DNA of 64,000 nt from an uncultured Porphyromonadaceae bacterium (GCA_946553045.1 CAMNRO010000009.1:3145-67144); one strand, 5' to 3'; counted from the stretch's first letter, positions 29,190 through 39,636 are shown. A program made the numbers and translations. The notes: generated by a model from the sequence alone, not told the origin.

Positions 29190-30065
29190 ATGTCAAAAAT
29201 CATTACCGAAATCACTCCTCTATCCGAAAAGGATTGCTTCTATCTCATCGACAGGCGCAAAATGTGCTTCGACTACCCAATCCATCGTCACAATGAAATA
29301 GAGCTCAACTTTGTGAGCAACTGCACCGGTTGCAAGCGTGTTGTCGGCGACTCTATCGAAACACTCGGCTACTACGACCTCGCCCTTATCGGCCCGGGAC
29401 TCGAACACGGCTGGGAACAGGGCGACGCCGTCAACGAGGGCGACATGCGCGAAATCACCGTGCAGTTCGCCGCCGAAAATCACGACTCATACCTGTCCAA
29501 AAACCAGCTCAAACCCATTCTCGAGCTTTTCAGCAACGCCCGGCAGGGTGTGTCGTTCGGCCAGGATTTCATAAAAAGCATTATTCCGAAACTCGACGAA
29601 CTCACACAGCCTCAACCTGGATTCCTGCGTCTTATAAAACTTCTGGAGATTATATATGCGATGTCGACAACAAACGACAGCAAAATACTCTCCACAACAA
29701 GTTTTGCCAACGCTCGCACTCAAAGCGACTCCCGCCGTGTGCAGAAAGTAGAAGAATACATATCGCAAAATTATACCAGGCCTATCTACCTCAACGAAAT
29801 GGCCGATCTTGCCGGAATGGCGCCAACGGCGTTCAGCCGCTTCTTCAAGGCGCGAACGGGCCGTACCCTATCCGATTATATAATAGACATGCGGCTCGGC
29901 CATGCAGCCCGCTTGCTCGTAGACACAAACCTCACCAGCGCCGAAGTATGCTACGAATGCGGGTTCAACAACATATCAAACTTCAACCGCCTCTTCAAAA
30001 AGAAAAAAGGCTGCAGCCCCAAAACCTTCCGCGAGAACTACCTCAAAACCAAAATCGTAATCTGA
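29190..30065 (+). CDS. AraC-family transcriptional regulator with N-terminal cupin-type sensor
   Basis: Cupin-like N-terminus (HRHNEIELNFV) and a C-terminal double HTH (MADLAGMAPTAFSRFFK..., CYECGFNNISNFNRLFKK). Divergent from the GH36 gene. Confidence 0.85.
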   Translation: MSKIITEITPLSEKDCFYLIDRRKMCFDYPIHRHNEIELNFVSNCTGCKRVVGDSIETLGYYDLALIGPGLEHGWEQGDAVNEGDMREITVQFAAENHDSYLSKNQLKPILELFSNARQGVSFGQDFIKSIIPKLDELTQPQPGFLRLIKLLEIIYAMSTTNDSKILSTTSFANARTQSDSRRVQKVEEYISQNYTRPIYLNEMADLAGMAPTAFSRFFKARTGRTLSDYIIDMRLGHAARLLVDTNLTSAEVCYECGFNNISNFNRLFKKKKGCSPKTFRENYLKTKIVI

Positions 30066-30071
30066 GAATAA

Positions 30072-30157
30072 TTAGAAATTAGGAGTTAGGAGTTAGAAGT
30101 TTGCCATCGGCGCAACTCCTAACTCCTAACTCCTAACTCCTAACTTGTAATTTCTAA
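30072..30157 (+). repeat. Long imperfect hairpin made of TTAGGAG heptamer repeats (probable terminator or structured element)
   Basis: The left arm ttagaaattaggagttaggagttagaagtt pairs with aactcctaactcctaactcctaacttgtaatttctaa. 22 of the first 23 positions pair, and 9 more bp pair after a bulge. The loop is 12 nt and a T-tract follows at about 30170. Confidence 0.7.
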
Positions 30158-30228
30158 CTAAAATGATACTTTTTTGCCAGTGTCAGACACCGTGATGTAA
30201 TTTGTTTGGAAGTGTGATTCTTTCGCAT

Positions 30229-30236
30229 TAGCTTTG
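30229..30236 (+). promoter_or_regulatory. TAnnTTTG -7 motif for the esterase gene
   Basis: TAGCTTTG lies 17 nt upstream of the ATG at 30254. Confidence 0.45.
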
Positions 30237-30253
30237 TAGCATAATCATATGCC

Positions 30254-31696
30254 ATGAAAAAGAAATCACTTGCAATTATACTTTTTTCGGCGCTCGCATT
30301 CGGCAATGCGGACGCAAAAATAATACTCCCCGACATTGTCGGCGACAATATGGTTGTGCAGCAGAACTCCGGCGCACGTATCTGGGGCTGGGCAACTCCC
30401 GGCAGCGAAATCAGCGTGGCCGGCTCGTGGAATACCGCTGCCACCGCAAAAACCAAAACAGGCAAAGACGGCCGATGGCAGCTTGAACTCGCCACACCAG
30501 GCGCCACGTTCGCTCCTCAGACAATCACCATAAAAGGCGATGGCGACAATATCGAAATCAAAAATGTCGCCGTCGGCGAAGTTTGGTTCTGCTCCGGCCA
30601 GTCGAACATGGAAATGCCCCTGCGCGGATTCTGGACGCAGCCCGTCGAAGGCGCCGTCGAAGCCATAGCATACTCAGGCCAATACCCCGGTATCAGATTC
30701 GCGAAAGTACCGAAAGCTGCCGCCTACACACCACAGGACCGCGTGACATCGCCCTGGAAAGTAAGTTGTCCGGAAAATGCCTACGACTTCAGCGCCCTCG
30801 CATACTTTTTCGCCGAATCGCTCACCAAACTTCTCAACGTGCCTGTCGGAATAATCGATTGCACCTACGGCGGCTCCAAACTCGAAGGCTGGCAAAGCCG
30901 CGAACAGCTCGACAAATACCCCGAGTGGAACGTAGAAAAAGAAAAGAACGATTCAACGCTGGCCGAGTACGAACGCATCAACGTGATGTACAACGCCATG
31001 CTTCATCCCATAATCGGATATACCGTCAAGGGCTTCCTCTGGAACCAGGGCGAATCGAATGTCGGACGCCACGCCACCTACCCCTACCATAAGCGCGACA
31101 TGATAAACGAATGGCGCTCTAAATGGAACCTGGGCGAACTCCCCTTCTACTTCGTCGAAATACCTGGCTGGAACTACGAAAATCCCGAAGGCACCAATGC
31201 CGCCATTTTCCGCGAATGTCAGCATAAAGCTGCCGATTTGATTCCATCTTGCGAAATCGTGTGTACTTCCGACCTCGTCTATCCGTTCGAAGTAGACGAT
31301 ATACACGCCCGCAAAAAGAAAGAAATCGGCGAACGCCTCGCCTTCATGGCCGCCGACAAAACATATGGCATAAAAGGCATGCCCACCCGCTACCCTCGCT
31401 ATAAATCCATGGAAATCAACGGAGACAAAGCCATTCTTTCCTTCGAAAACGCCTGGGAAGGCTTTACTCCCAACAAAGAACTCGAAGGATTCGAAGTAGC
31501 CGGCTCCGACCGCAGATTCCACCCTGCCATTGCCCGCGAAAATCCGCAGACACTCAAAATAGAAGTCGAGCGTCCGGCCGAAGTTGACGAAATCAAGGCC
31601 GTGCGATACAATTTCAAAAATTTTGCAATCGGCAAAGTATTCAACGTTTTAGGCCTTCCGCTGGTGCCATTCCGCACCGACGACTGGGACGACTAA
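30254..31696 (+). CDS. Carbohydrate O-acetylesterase (sialate O-acetylesterase/SASA-type SGNH fold)
   Basis: Signal peptide and the catalytic motif VWFCSGQSNMEMPL. The context is a mannan locus. Confidence 0.8.
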   Translation: MKKKSLAIILFSALAFGNADAKIILPDIVGDNMVVQQNSGARIWGWATPGSEISVAGSWNTAATAKTKTGKDGRWQLELATPGATFAPQTITIKGDGDNIEIKNVAVGEVWFCSGQSNMEMPLRGFWTQPVEGAVEAIAYSGQYPGIRFAKVPKAAAYTPQDRVTSPWKVSCPENAYDFSALAYFFAESLTKLLNVPVGIIDCTYGGSKLEGWQSREQLDKYPEWNVEKEKNDSTLAEYERINVMYNAMLHPIIGYTVKGFLWNQGESNVGRHATYPYHKRDMINEWRSKWNLGELPFYFVEIPGWNYENPEGTNAAIFRECQHKAADLIPSCEIVCTSDLVYPFEVDDIHARKKKEIGERLAFMAADKTYGIKGMPTRYPRYKSMEINGDKAILSFENAWEGFTPNKELEGFEVAGSDRRFHPAIARENPQTLKIEVERPAEVDEIKAVRYNFKNFAIGKVFNVLGLPLVPFRTDDWDD

Positions 31697-31706
31697 ACAG
31701 TTTTTC

Positions 31707-31724
31707 ATATGTTATATAACATAT
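31707..31724. promoter_or_regulatory. 18-bp perfect palindrome ATATGTTATATAACATAT (candidate operator)
   Basis: Exactly self-complementary. It lies in the 325-bp A+T-rich spacer before the GH5-SusC/D operon. Confidence 0.35.
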
Positions 31725-31772
31725 TTGGTAAAGAAAGATAGATTTGGGTTAATTTAGTATCATTAGATACAA

Positions 31773-31798
31773 AAAACGCACTTTTTAGTGCGTTTTTT
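31773..31798 (+). terminator. Intrinsic terminator after the esterase gene
   Basis: Stem aaaacgcact/agtgcgtttt with loop tttt, flanked by an A-tract and a T-tract. Confidence 0.75.
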
Positions 31799-31992
31799 AT
31801 TTTCATATAACAATACATTCATTATATTTGTACTGCTGAATTACAACTATTATACAAACACTTATCTTTACATAATTAAATACGCGGCCATAAAACAACT
31901 CATGATATAAAAACACCGACAAATAGAATATCAACACAAAAAAGTATCATATAGAGATAAAAAAAGTGTTCTCTTACCCATAGGATATTGCG

Positions 31993-32000
31993 TATCTTTG
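31993..32000 (+). promoter_or_regulatory. TAnnTTTG -7 motif for the GH5/SusC operon
   Basis: TATCTTTG lies 21 nt upstream of the ATG at 32022. Confidence 0.5.
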
Positions 32001-32021
32001 CATACGTAAAAACACACTTTA

Positions 32022-33308
32022 ATGAAGAAGCCTTATTTCATTTTTACCATGATTCCGCTTTTCCTTTCAAGCCTATTCGGCTGTTCGAAAAAGGAAAGCA
32101 CGGTTTCGCCCGACACTCAGTTTGTAAGCGTAGGCACCGACGGCAAATTCCATATTGGCGACTCCATATATAATTATGTGGGCACCAACTTCTGGTATGG
32201 CGCCATTCTTGCCTCCGAAGGCCGTGGCGGCGACCGCGGACGCCTCACCCGGGAGCTCGACCTGCTTCAGTCGCTCGGAGTCGACAATCTGCGCGTTCTG
32301 GCAGGCGGCGACGGCGAAGAAAACATTCCCTCGCACATAATGCCCGTCATCCAGACCGCTCCCGGAGTCTACAACGACACTATCCTCGACGGTCTCGACT
32401 ACCTCATGGCCGAGCTCGAACGCCGCGACATGAAAGCCGTCGTCTATCTCAACAACGCATGGGAATGGAGCGGCGGCTACGGCACCTACCTCGAATGGGC
32501 AGGCGCAGGACCCACCCCCAACCCCGCGACAGACGGCTACCAGGCATACATGAACCATGTAGCAAAATTCGTGCACAACGATTCTGCGAAAGCTCTCGCA
32601 GCCGAGCACGTCAAAAACATCGTAAGCCGCACAAACCGCTACACCGGACGCCCCTATACCGAATCGCCCGCCATCATGTCGTGGCAGATTGCCAACGAAC
32701 CCCGCGCCTTCGCCGGCGACTCGCTCACCAAGGCAGCCTTCGAAAACTGGATTGCAACCCAGGCAGCCCTCATCAAGAGCCTCGACCACAACCACATGGT
32801 ATCTACAGGCAGCGAAGGACGCCACGGCTGCGAAGGCGACATTGCCCTATGGGAACGCATCCATACCAATCCCGACATCGACTACGGAATCATACACCTG
32901 TGGCCTTACAACTGGGGCTGGATAGACTCGGCCACTGTTGTCGAAAACGTCGATACGGCATGCGCCCGCGCATACGAATACATAATGCCTCATGCCGAAA
33001 TGATGAAGAAAGCCGGAAAGCCTCTGGTTCTTGAAGAATTCGGATACCCGCGCGACAGCATGGCAACAGAACCTGGCACCCCGACCGTCGGCCGCGACCG
33101 CTTCTACGCCTACGTATTCTCTCTCATCAAAGAAAGCGGAGCCATCGACGGCTGCAACTTCTGGGGCTGGGGAGGATATGCCCAACCGGGCCACACCACC
33201 TGGCAGCCGTGGGAACCATATACCGGCGACCCCGCCCAGGAGCCTCAGGGCCTCAACTCGGTATTCGCCGCCGACTCGACCACTCTGGAAATCATAAAAT
33301 CATTATAA
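32022..33308 (+). CDS. Glycoside hydrolase family 5 endo-beta-mannanase-like lipoprotein
   Basis: Lipobox SSLFGC, acid/base motif WQIANEPR, nucleophile motif LVLEEFGYPRD, and NNAWEWSGGY. Confidence 0.8.
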   Translation: MKKPYFIFTMIPLFLSSLFGCSKKESTVSPDTQFVSVGTDGKFHIGDSIYNYVGTNFWYGAILASEGRGGDRGRLTRELDLLQSLGVDNLRVLAGGDGEENIPSHIMPVIQTAPGVYNDTILDGLDYLMAELERRDMKAVVYLNNAWEWSGGYGTYLEWAGAGPTPNPATDGYQAYMNHVAKFVHNDSAKALAAEHVKNIVSRTNRYTGRPYTESPAIMSWQIANEPRAFAGDSLTKAAFENWIATQAALIKSLDHNHMVSTGSEGRHGCEGDIALWERIHTNPDIDYGIIHLWPYNWGWIDSATVVENVDTACARAYEYIMPHAEMMKKAGKPLVLEEFGYPRDSMATEPGTPTVGRDRFYAYVFSLIKESGAIDGCNFWGWGGYAQPGHTTWQPWEPYTGDPAQEPQGLNSVFAADSTTLEIIKSL

Positions 33309-33326
33309 ATACCCAACCTACTGTGC

Positions 33327-36300
33327 ATGAAAACAAGTAATTTTACGCACGTGAGAACTCTCGTGCTGGCCCTTTTCGCGGCCATCACAATGAGCCTCAC
33401 GGCACAGACCACCGTCAAAGGTGTCGTAACAGACAACACCGGCGAGCCTATAATAGGCGCTTCCGTGGTCGAGAAAGGCAAATCGGGTGGTGCCGTCACC
33501 GATTTCGACGGTAACTATACCATCTCAGTATCAAACCCCAAAGCTACCCTCGTATTCTCATACGTCGGCATGAAAACCAAAGAAGAGCCCCTCAACGGAC
33601 GCACTCAGCTCGACGTCGTGCTCGAGGAAAACAGCGAGGCGCTCAGCGAAGTCGTGGTCGTGGGCTACGGCACACAGCGCAAGAGCGACATCACCGGTTC
33701 GGTGGCCCAGCTCTCTGAAGAACAGATGAAACAGACCATCGTCACCAACGCCGACCAGATGCTTCAGGGCAAGGTCGCCGGTGTGCAGGTGACACAGAAC
33801 TCCGGTGCTCCCGGCGGTGCAACCTCTATCCGTATCCGCGGTGCGAGCTCGCTCAACTCGTCGAACGAACCTCTCTATGTAATCGACGGCGTGCCCATGT
33901 CAACCTCGGGCTCCGATATCGGCGGTTTCGCCTGGGCCGGCGGCTCCAACGGCCAGACCAAGGTCAACCCCCTCGCTGCCATCGCCCCCAGCGACATCGT
34001 GAGCATCGACGTGCTTAAAGACGCATCGGCCTGCGCCATCTACGGTGCCGCCGGCGCAAACGGTGTTATCCTCGTCACAACCCGCCGAGGCAGCACCGGA
34101 CGCAGCAATATCACTTACGACGGATATGTGGCATGGCAGGAAACAGCCAAACGCCTCGACATGATGAACCTCCGCGAATATGCACACTACCAGAAGCAGC
34201 TCTTCGACGAAGGTATCCTCAACAACAGCAACATGGACCCCGCCTACCTCGACCCCAGCCTCCTCGGCCGCGGCACCGACTGGCAGGACGAAGTGTTCCG
34301 TACTGCCTTCATGCAGAGCCATCAGGTGAGCGTCACCGGCGGTAACGAAAAAACCACATACGCCATGTCGGGCGGTTGGATGAGCCAGGAAGGTATCATC
34401 ATCGGTTCCGACTTCACCCGCTTCAACACCCGCTTCAACATCGACCACAACTTCACCAAATGGTTGAAAATCGGCGGCTCGCTCGCATATACCCGCACCG
34501 ACGAAAAAATCACCCTCAACGACGGCAGCGACGGCGTCATCATGCAGGCCATGACAATGATGCCTTCTGTGCCCGTACGCGACTTCGAAGGCAACTGGGC
34601 CGGACCAAACACCGTAAACGGCTCTTCGACATGGAACCCCGTGGCCCTCGCGCTCGAGAAGAACAACACCCTCCTGCGCCAGCGCGTGATGGGTAACTTC
34701 TACCTCAGCGTCGACTTCCTCAAATACTTCACATTCCGCGCCGAATACGCATTCGACGCCTCGCAGAACCAGAACAAGGCATATGTGCCCCGCTACAAAT
34801 TCGGCCAGGTGAGCAACGACATCAACCAGATGATGCACCGCGAAGACCACGGCTTCTTCTGGATGCAGAAAGACTACGTGACCTATCACCAGACATTCGC
34901 CGAGAAACACGACGTGACCGTCATGGGCGGTTTCGAAGCCTCGAAATCGAGCTGGAACGGAACATGGCTCATCAAGAAAAACTTCACCACCGACGACATC
35001 TTCGTAATCGGTGAAGACGGCGACTACTACAACAACTCCGGCTGGCAGGACGCCGCTACAAACGCCTCTGTCTTCGGCCGTGTGAACTACGGTTTCGACA
35101 ACCGCTACCTCATCACCGCCACCATACGTACCGACGGTTCCTCCAAGTTCGGCCCGGCCAACAAATGGGGGTCTTTCCCCTCGGCGGCAGCCGCATGGCG
35201 CATCAACCAGGAAGAATTCATGGAAGGCGCATCCTCATGGCTCAACAACCTCAAGCTCCGTCTCGGCTACGGCCGCGTAGGTAACTCCAACATCGACACC
35301 TACCGCTACGCCGCCGCCATGAAGCCCATGCTCACGCCCAACGGAACCGCCTACTACCCCGACAACCTCTCAAATCCCAAACTCAAATGGGAGTCGTCTG
35401 AACAGTTCAACGCCGGTATCGACTTCGCGGCCTTCAACAACCGCCTCGAATTCACCGTCGATGTATATAAGAAGCAGACCAAAGACCTCCTCATGCAGAT
35501 CTTCACCCCCGACCACATCGCCAGCAACGAATATCTGACAATCCAGACTCCCTATTCCAACATAGGCAAGACACAGAACATCGGTATCGACTTGCAGATC
35601 AACGCCCGCCCCGTGGTGACTAAAGATTTCTTCTGGAACTCAGCCCTCACAATCTCGCACAACCGCAACAAAGTGGTGGCTCTCAACGATGACTCGCAGG
35701 TGCTCTACGGCAAAGTTGACTGGTACGCTCCCTTCCAGACAGTATCCATGTTCAAGGCAGGCCAGCCCATGGGCGTTTTCTACGGCTATGAGACCGAAGG
35801 CTTCTTCATGAACGAAGCCGACATTATCGGCCACGCCACCCAGACCGGCGGCAACGTACCCTACGCCAACCGTATCAGCAAGGAATCCGGCGCATGGGTA
35901 GGCGACATCAAGTTCCGCGACCAGAACGGCGACGGTGTCATCGACGAAAAAGACCAGAAAGTAATCGGCGACCCCAACCCCGATGTAACCTTCGGCTTCA
36001 CCAACACCTTCACATACAAAGGCTGGGAACTCAACATCGGACTCACCGGCCAGATCGGCGGCGACGTTCTCAACTGGTCGCGCTACAAAATCGAAGGCCT
36101 CGCCTCCATCTGGGATAATCAGGCCGCTTCGGTGCTCGACCGCGTGCAGATTGGCAAAATCGACCCCAATGGCGGCGACGACATCTCCAACCTTCAGGTT
36201 ATCGGCGGCGGCAAGAACGGCATACCCCGCTTCTCCAGCCTCGACGGCAACCAGAACAACCGCATGAGCGACCGCTGGATCGAAGACGGCTCATACCTCC

Positions 36301-36533
36301 GTATCCAGAACATTTCGCTCGCCTACAACCTCCCCGAGCGCTGGGTCAAGAAAGCCTTCATGCAGTCGGCCAAGATATACGTCAACCTCCAGAACGTATA
36401 TACTTTCACAAAGTACAGCGGCTACGACCCCGAAATCGGCGCATACAACCAGAGCTCGCTCCTTCAGAACATAGACCGCGGCCGCTACCCCACCCCCCGC
36501 ACCTACACTCTGGGCCTCAATCTCAGTTTCTAA
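33327..36533 (+). CDS. SusC-like TonB-dependent outer-membrane transporter
   Basis: Carboxypeptidase-regulatory-like domain VKGVVTDNTGEPIIGASVVEKG, plug VVVGYGTQRKSDITGSV, and 1068 aa ending TLGLNLSF. Confidence 0.95.
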   Translation: MKTSNFTHVRTLVLALFAAITMSLTAQTTVKGVVTDNTGEPIIGASVVEKGKSGGAVTDFDGNYTISVSNPKATLVFSYVGMKTKEEPLNGRTQLDVVLEENSEALSEVVVVGYGTQRKSDITGSVAQLSEEQMKQTIVTNADQMLQGKVAGVQVTQNSGAPGGATSIRIRGASSLNSSNEPLYVIDGVPMSTSGSDIGGFAWAGGSNGQTKVNPLAAIAPSDIVSIDVLKDASACAIYGAAGANGVILVTTRRGSTGRSNITYDGYVAWQETAKRLDMMNLREYAHYQKQLFDEGILNNSNMDPAYLDPSLLGRGTDWQDEVFRTAFMQSHQVSVTGGNEKTTYAMSGGWMSQEGIIIGSDFTRFNTRFNIDHNFTKWLKIGGSLAYTRTDEKITLNDGSDGVIMQAMTMMPSVPVRDFEGNWAGPNTVNGSSTWNPVALALEKNNTLLRQRVMGNFYLSVDFLKYFTFRAEYAFDASQNQNKAYVPRYKFGQVSNDINQMMHREDHGFFWMQKDYVTYHQTFAEKHDVTVMGGFEASKSSWNGTWLIKKNFTTDDIFVIGEDGDYYNNSGWQDAATNASVFGRVNYGFDNRYLITATIRTDGSSKFGPANKWGSFPSAAAAWRINQEEFMEGASSWLNNLKLRLGYGRVGNSNIDTYRYAAAMKPMLTPNGTAYYPDNLSNPKLKWESSEQFNAGIDFAAFNNRLEFTVDVYKKQTKDLLMQIFTPDHIASNEYLTIQTPYSNIGKTQNIGIDLQINARPVVTKDFFWNSALTISHNRNKVVALNDDSQVLYGKVDWYAPFQTVSMFKAGQPMGVFYGYETEGFFMNEADIIGHATQTGGNVPYANRISKESGAWVGDIKFRDQNGDGVIDEKDQKVIGDPNPDVTFGFTNTFTYKGWELNIGLTGQIGGDVLNWSRYKIEGLASIWDNQAASVLDRVQIGKIDPNGGDDISNLQVIGGGKNGIPRFSSLDGNQNNRMSDRWIEDGSYLRIQNISLAYNLPERWVKKAFMQSAKIYVNLQNVYTFTKYSGYDPEIGAYNQSSLLQNIDRGRYPTPRTYTLGLNLSF

Positions 36534-36561
36534 ACTCTCACCTCTCATATAAGATATATCA

Positions 36562-38244
36562 ATGAAAAAATATATAAAGAAAGCAGCTCTTGCTACTGTC
36601 CTGGCGGCCTCGATGGCGTCGTGCAACGACTTCCTCACCGTCGACCCCTCCGACAAACTCGTGCAGGACAACTTCTACACTTCGGCCGAGCACATACGCC
36701 TCAACACCATGACGCTCTACGCCGCCAAGACCTGGACCAACTACACCATCAATTTCCAGTGGAAGACCGACATGCTCGCAGGCGACATGTTCTACACTTA
36801 CGACGCGGAAGGCCAGTGGTTCTTCGGTACTTACACACCCGTAAACCAGTACATCGGCGAAGGCTGGAAAGGCATCTACAACGTCATTCTCTTCGCCAAC
36901 TCGGTTATCAACGACATGCCCAAGAGCTGCAAAGGCGTAGCTCAGGCCGATATCGACGCCGCAATTGCCGAGGCACGCGCTATACGCGCTTTCTGCTACT
37001 ACCAGATTGCAGAACTCTGGCACGACGCTCCCATCATCTTCGACAACACCTCCAATATCGCCAACGGTAACCTCGACGTGCCCCGCAACACACAGAAGAG
37101 CATATACCGCTTCGCCCTCGAAGATGCCGACTACGCCGTCGAAAATCTCCCCGAGACCGACCCCGACAACTTCCGCTGCAACAAAAATACAGCACGCGCT
37201 ATCCGCGCCAAGCTTCTTGTGACAATGGCATCGCACACCGACTACGGCTATGACCGCGCCGACCTCTACAGCCGCGCTGCCGCCGATGCGGAAACTGTAA
37301 TGCAGTCACGCCCGTGGATTGAAGATATTCCCTTCGAAACTCTCTTCGATGTCGAGACAAACAATGGTCCCGAATCAATCCTCGCAATCCAGTGCGCTGT
37401 CCAGGGTTATGGATACGGCAATGCAAAAAATGCAGCATGGAGCCGCAGCTCGGTCATCGCCGACCAGACCTGGGGTGCCGGCAAAGGCCCCACAATCTCG
37501 CTGCAGAAATCGTATGACTCCACCGACCGCCGCCGCAAATGGACATACATGACCAATGGCGACTTCTATCCCAACCTCGCAAAAGCTCAGGGCGGTTACA
37601 CCTACAAGTACTTCAACCGCGACGCCGAAGGCACTGCAATCGAGGAGCGCAACGAAGTGAACGCCCACATCAAGAAATATGTCATTGGCAAAGCGGCCGA
37701 CTGCAACGGCAACGTAGGCCTCGGTCAGGACGCCGCAAACAACATCTACCTTATCCGCCTCGCCGACATGTATCTCACCTATGCCGAAGCAATCCTCGGC
37801 ACGAGCACCTCGACCTCCGACGCCAAGGCTCTCGAGAAATACAACGGTATCCGCAAGCGCGCAGGCGTGAGCGAGGCCAACTCGATTACCTTCAAGGACA
37901 TCATGCAGGAACGCCGCCGTGAGTTCGCGTTCGAATCCATCACCTGGTTTGATGTGCTCCGTCTCCGCTACCGCGAAGGCGACGCCGCAGCCCTCGAATA
38001 TGTGAACAGCGGCTACGGCTCGGGCTATAACCGCGTGGCTCAGTACCTCGCCGTCTCAGGTATGGACCAGAGCCAGGAAAACGATGACAATTCCTACATC
38101 ATCGTCCAGAACCGCGACGAGTATGCCATGTACGACCCCATCATTCTCACCGCCTCGGCTTTCAAGGTGCCTATCCCCGCAGCCGTTTCCACAAGCTGCC
38201 CCGCCTTCGCCGGCGAACCGGTAGACTTCTATGCAGGCGAATAA
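36562..38244 (+). CDS. SusD/RagB-family glycan-binding lipoprotein
   Basis: Lipobox MASC and TPR-like SusD features (RAFCYYQIAELW, LIRLADMYLTYAEA, ERRREFAFE). Sits directly after the SusC gene. Confidence 0.9.
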   Translation: MKKYIKKAALATVLAASMASCNDFLTVDPSDKLVQDNFYTSAEHIRLNTMTLYAAKTWTNYTINFQWKTDMLAGDMFYTYDAEGQWFFGTYTPVNQYIGEGWKGIYNVILFANSVINDMPKSCKGVAQADIDAAIAEARAIRAFCYYQIAELWHDAPIIFDNTSNIANGNLDVPRNTQKSIYRFALEDADYAVENLPETDPDNFRCNKNTARAIRAKLLVTMASHTDYGYDRADLYSRAAADAETVMQSRPWIEDIPFETLFDVETNNGPESILAIQCAVQGYGYGNAKNAAWSRSSVIADQTWGAGKGPTISLQKSYDSTDRRRKWTYMTNGDFYPNLAKAQGGYTYKYFNRDAEGTAIEERNEVNAHIKKYVIGKAADCNGNVGLGQDAANNIYLIRLADMYLTYAEAILGTSTSTSDAKALEKYNGIRKRAGVSEANSITFKDIMQERRREFAFESITWFDVLRLRYREGDAAALEYVNSGYGSGYNRVAQYLAVSGMDQSQENDDNSYIIVQNRDEYAMYDPIILTASAFKVPIPAAVSTSCPAFAGEPVDFYAGE

Positions 38245-38269
38245 TAAAACCGAAAAACAACGACTTAAC

Positions 38270-39619
38270 ATGAAAAAATTCATTAAATATACAGCTCTGT
38301 CGGCAGTCGTTCTTTCGGCTGGATGCATGGCTTCGTGCAGCGAGACCGACGCCGAACAGGACCGCGGCAACACCCCGGTAGTGAAATACGTGCGCGATTG
38401 CGACCCCGCCAAAGGCGACTCGCTCATCGTTGCAGCCTCGCTCGGCGCCAAGCTCGCCTTCATCGGCGACAATCTCGGCGACGTGCAGCAGATGTGGTTC
38501 AACGACCAGAAGGTGAAACTCAACCCGACCATGGTGACATCGCACTCCATCATCGTCGACGTGCCCAACGTCATTCCATCCGAGGTCAACAACCTCTGCC
38601 GCCTCATCACATCTACCGGCATTACCGTAGACTATCCGTTCACTATCTCCATTCCGGCACCCCGTCTCGACGAAATGGACTGCGAATGGGCCCTCCCCGG
38701 CTCGAACGCCACCCTCAAGGGCGCATACTTCGCCGATGACCCCAACGTACCCATGACCGTCACCTTCCCCGGCGGTATCGTGGCCGACATCATCGACTAC
38801 GACCAGTACAACCTCACCTTCAAAGTACCCGAAGGCGCTGTCGAAGGTCCTATCACAGTGTCCACCATCTATGGCCAGGGCAAGACTTCGTTCAACTACC
38901 GCGACACACGCGGCATGCTCTTCGACTTCGAGCCCGACGGTGTGACCGGTCTCGGCCTGCAGGAAAACAAGCAGGGCTGGCACCAGCCTGCCTACGGCAA
39001 CGACGAGAACTCCCTCGACGGAACATATATCCGCTTCGGCAACGGCGAAGCCACCCTCGACAATGACGCCTGGGACGACAACAATTTCGCCTTCGAGCAC
39101 TGGGCCGGCACATGGAGCGAGCCCGTGACATACCCGGCCCGTATCGGCGACCGCCTCTCCGACCTCGTCGATTTCTCCGACTTCAGCAACATGACCCTGA
39201 AATTCGAGATGATGATTCCCGAATCCAACCCCTGGCAGGCATGTGCAATGCAGCTCATCTTCGCCGGTGTAGACCGCGTATCCAATAGCGCCGCAGGCGT
39301 TCCCGACATCTACGGCAATATCGTGGCCGGCGGTAACAACAGCTTCTTCCAGGACGACAACGGCAAGGCCGACGGCCTCGCCCGCGGTCTCTACCGCCCC
39401 TGGTCTGCTACCGACGCCTTCCACACTGCCGGAAAATGGATTACCGTGAGTGTGCCCATCAAGGACTTCATCTATAACTCCGTAGGCGGCAAGGCTTCCA
39501 TTCCCCTTACAGCCAAAGACTTCGACTGCTTCACCATGTTCGTATGGGCAGGCGGTGCCGAAGGTGTGGCTTGTCAGCCGATAATATATATAGACAATAT
39601 CCGTGTGGTTAAAAACTGA
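38270..39619 (+). CDS. Surface glycan-binding lipoprotein (IPT/TIG domains plus C-terminal binding module)
   Basis: Lipobox SAGCMASC, IPT-like segments (GAKLAFIGDNLGDV..., GSNATLKGAYF...GPITVST), and its position after the SusD gene. ATG at 38270 chosen. Confidence 0.7.
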   Translation: MKKFIKYTALSAVVLSAGCMASCSETDAEQDRGNTPVVKYVRDCDPAKGDSLIVAASLGAKLAFIGDNLGDVQQMWFNDQKVKLNPTMVTSHSIIVDVPNVIPSEVNNLCRLITSTGITVDYPFTISIPAPRLDEMDCEWALPGSNATLKGAYFADDPNVPMTVTFPGGIVADIIDYDQYNLTFKVPEGAVEGPITVSTIYGQGKTSFNYRDTRGMLFDFEPDGVTGLGLQENKQGWHQPAYGNDENSLDGTYIRFGNGEATLDNDAWDDNNFAFEHWAGTWSEPVTYPARIGDRLSDLVDFSDFSNMTLKFEMMIPESNPWQACAMQLIFAGVDRVSNSAAGVPDIYGNIVAGGNNSFFQDDNGKADGLARGLYRPWSATDAFHTAGKWITVSVPIKDFIYNSVGGKASIPLTAKDFDCFTMFVWAGGAEGVACQPIIYIDNIRVVKN

Positions 39620-39636
39620 GAAACACATCGAACAAC

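Noticed and set aside
38171-39628. A 485-aa minus-strand ORF opposite the first SGBP gene.
   Set aside because: It has the same antisense-shadow composition. The plus-strand product has a clean lipoprotein signal and sits in the expected post-SusD position.
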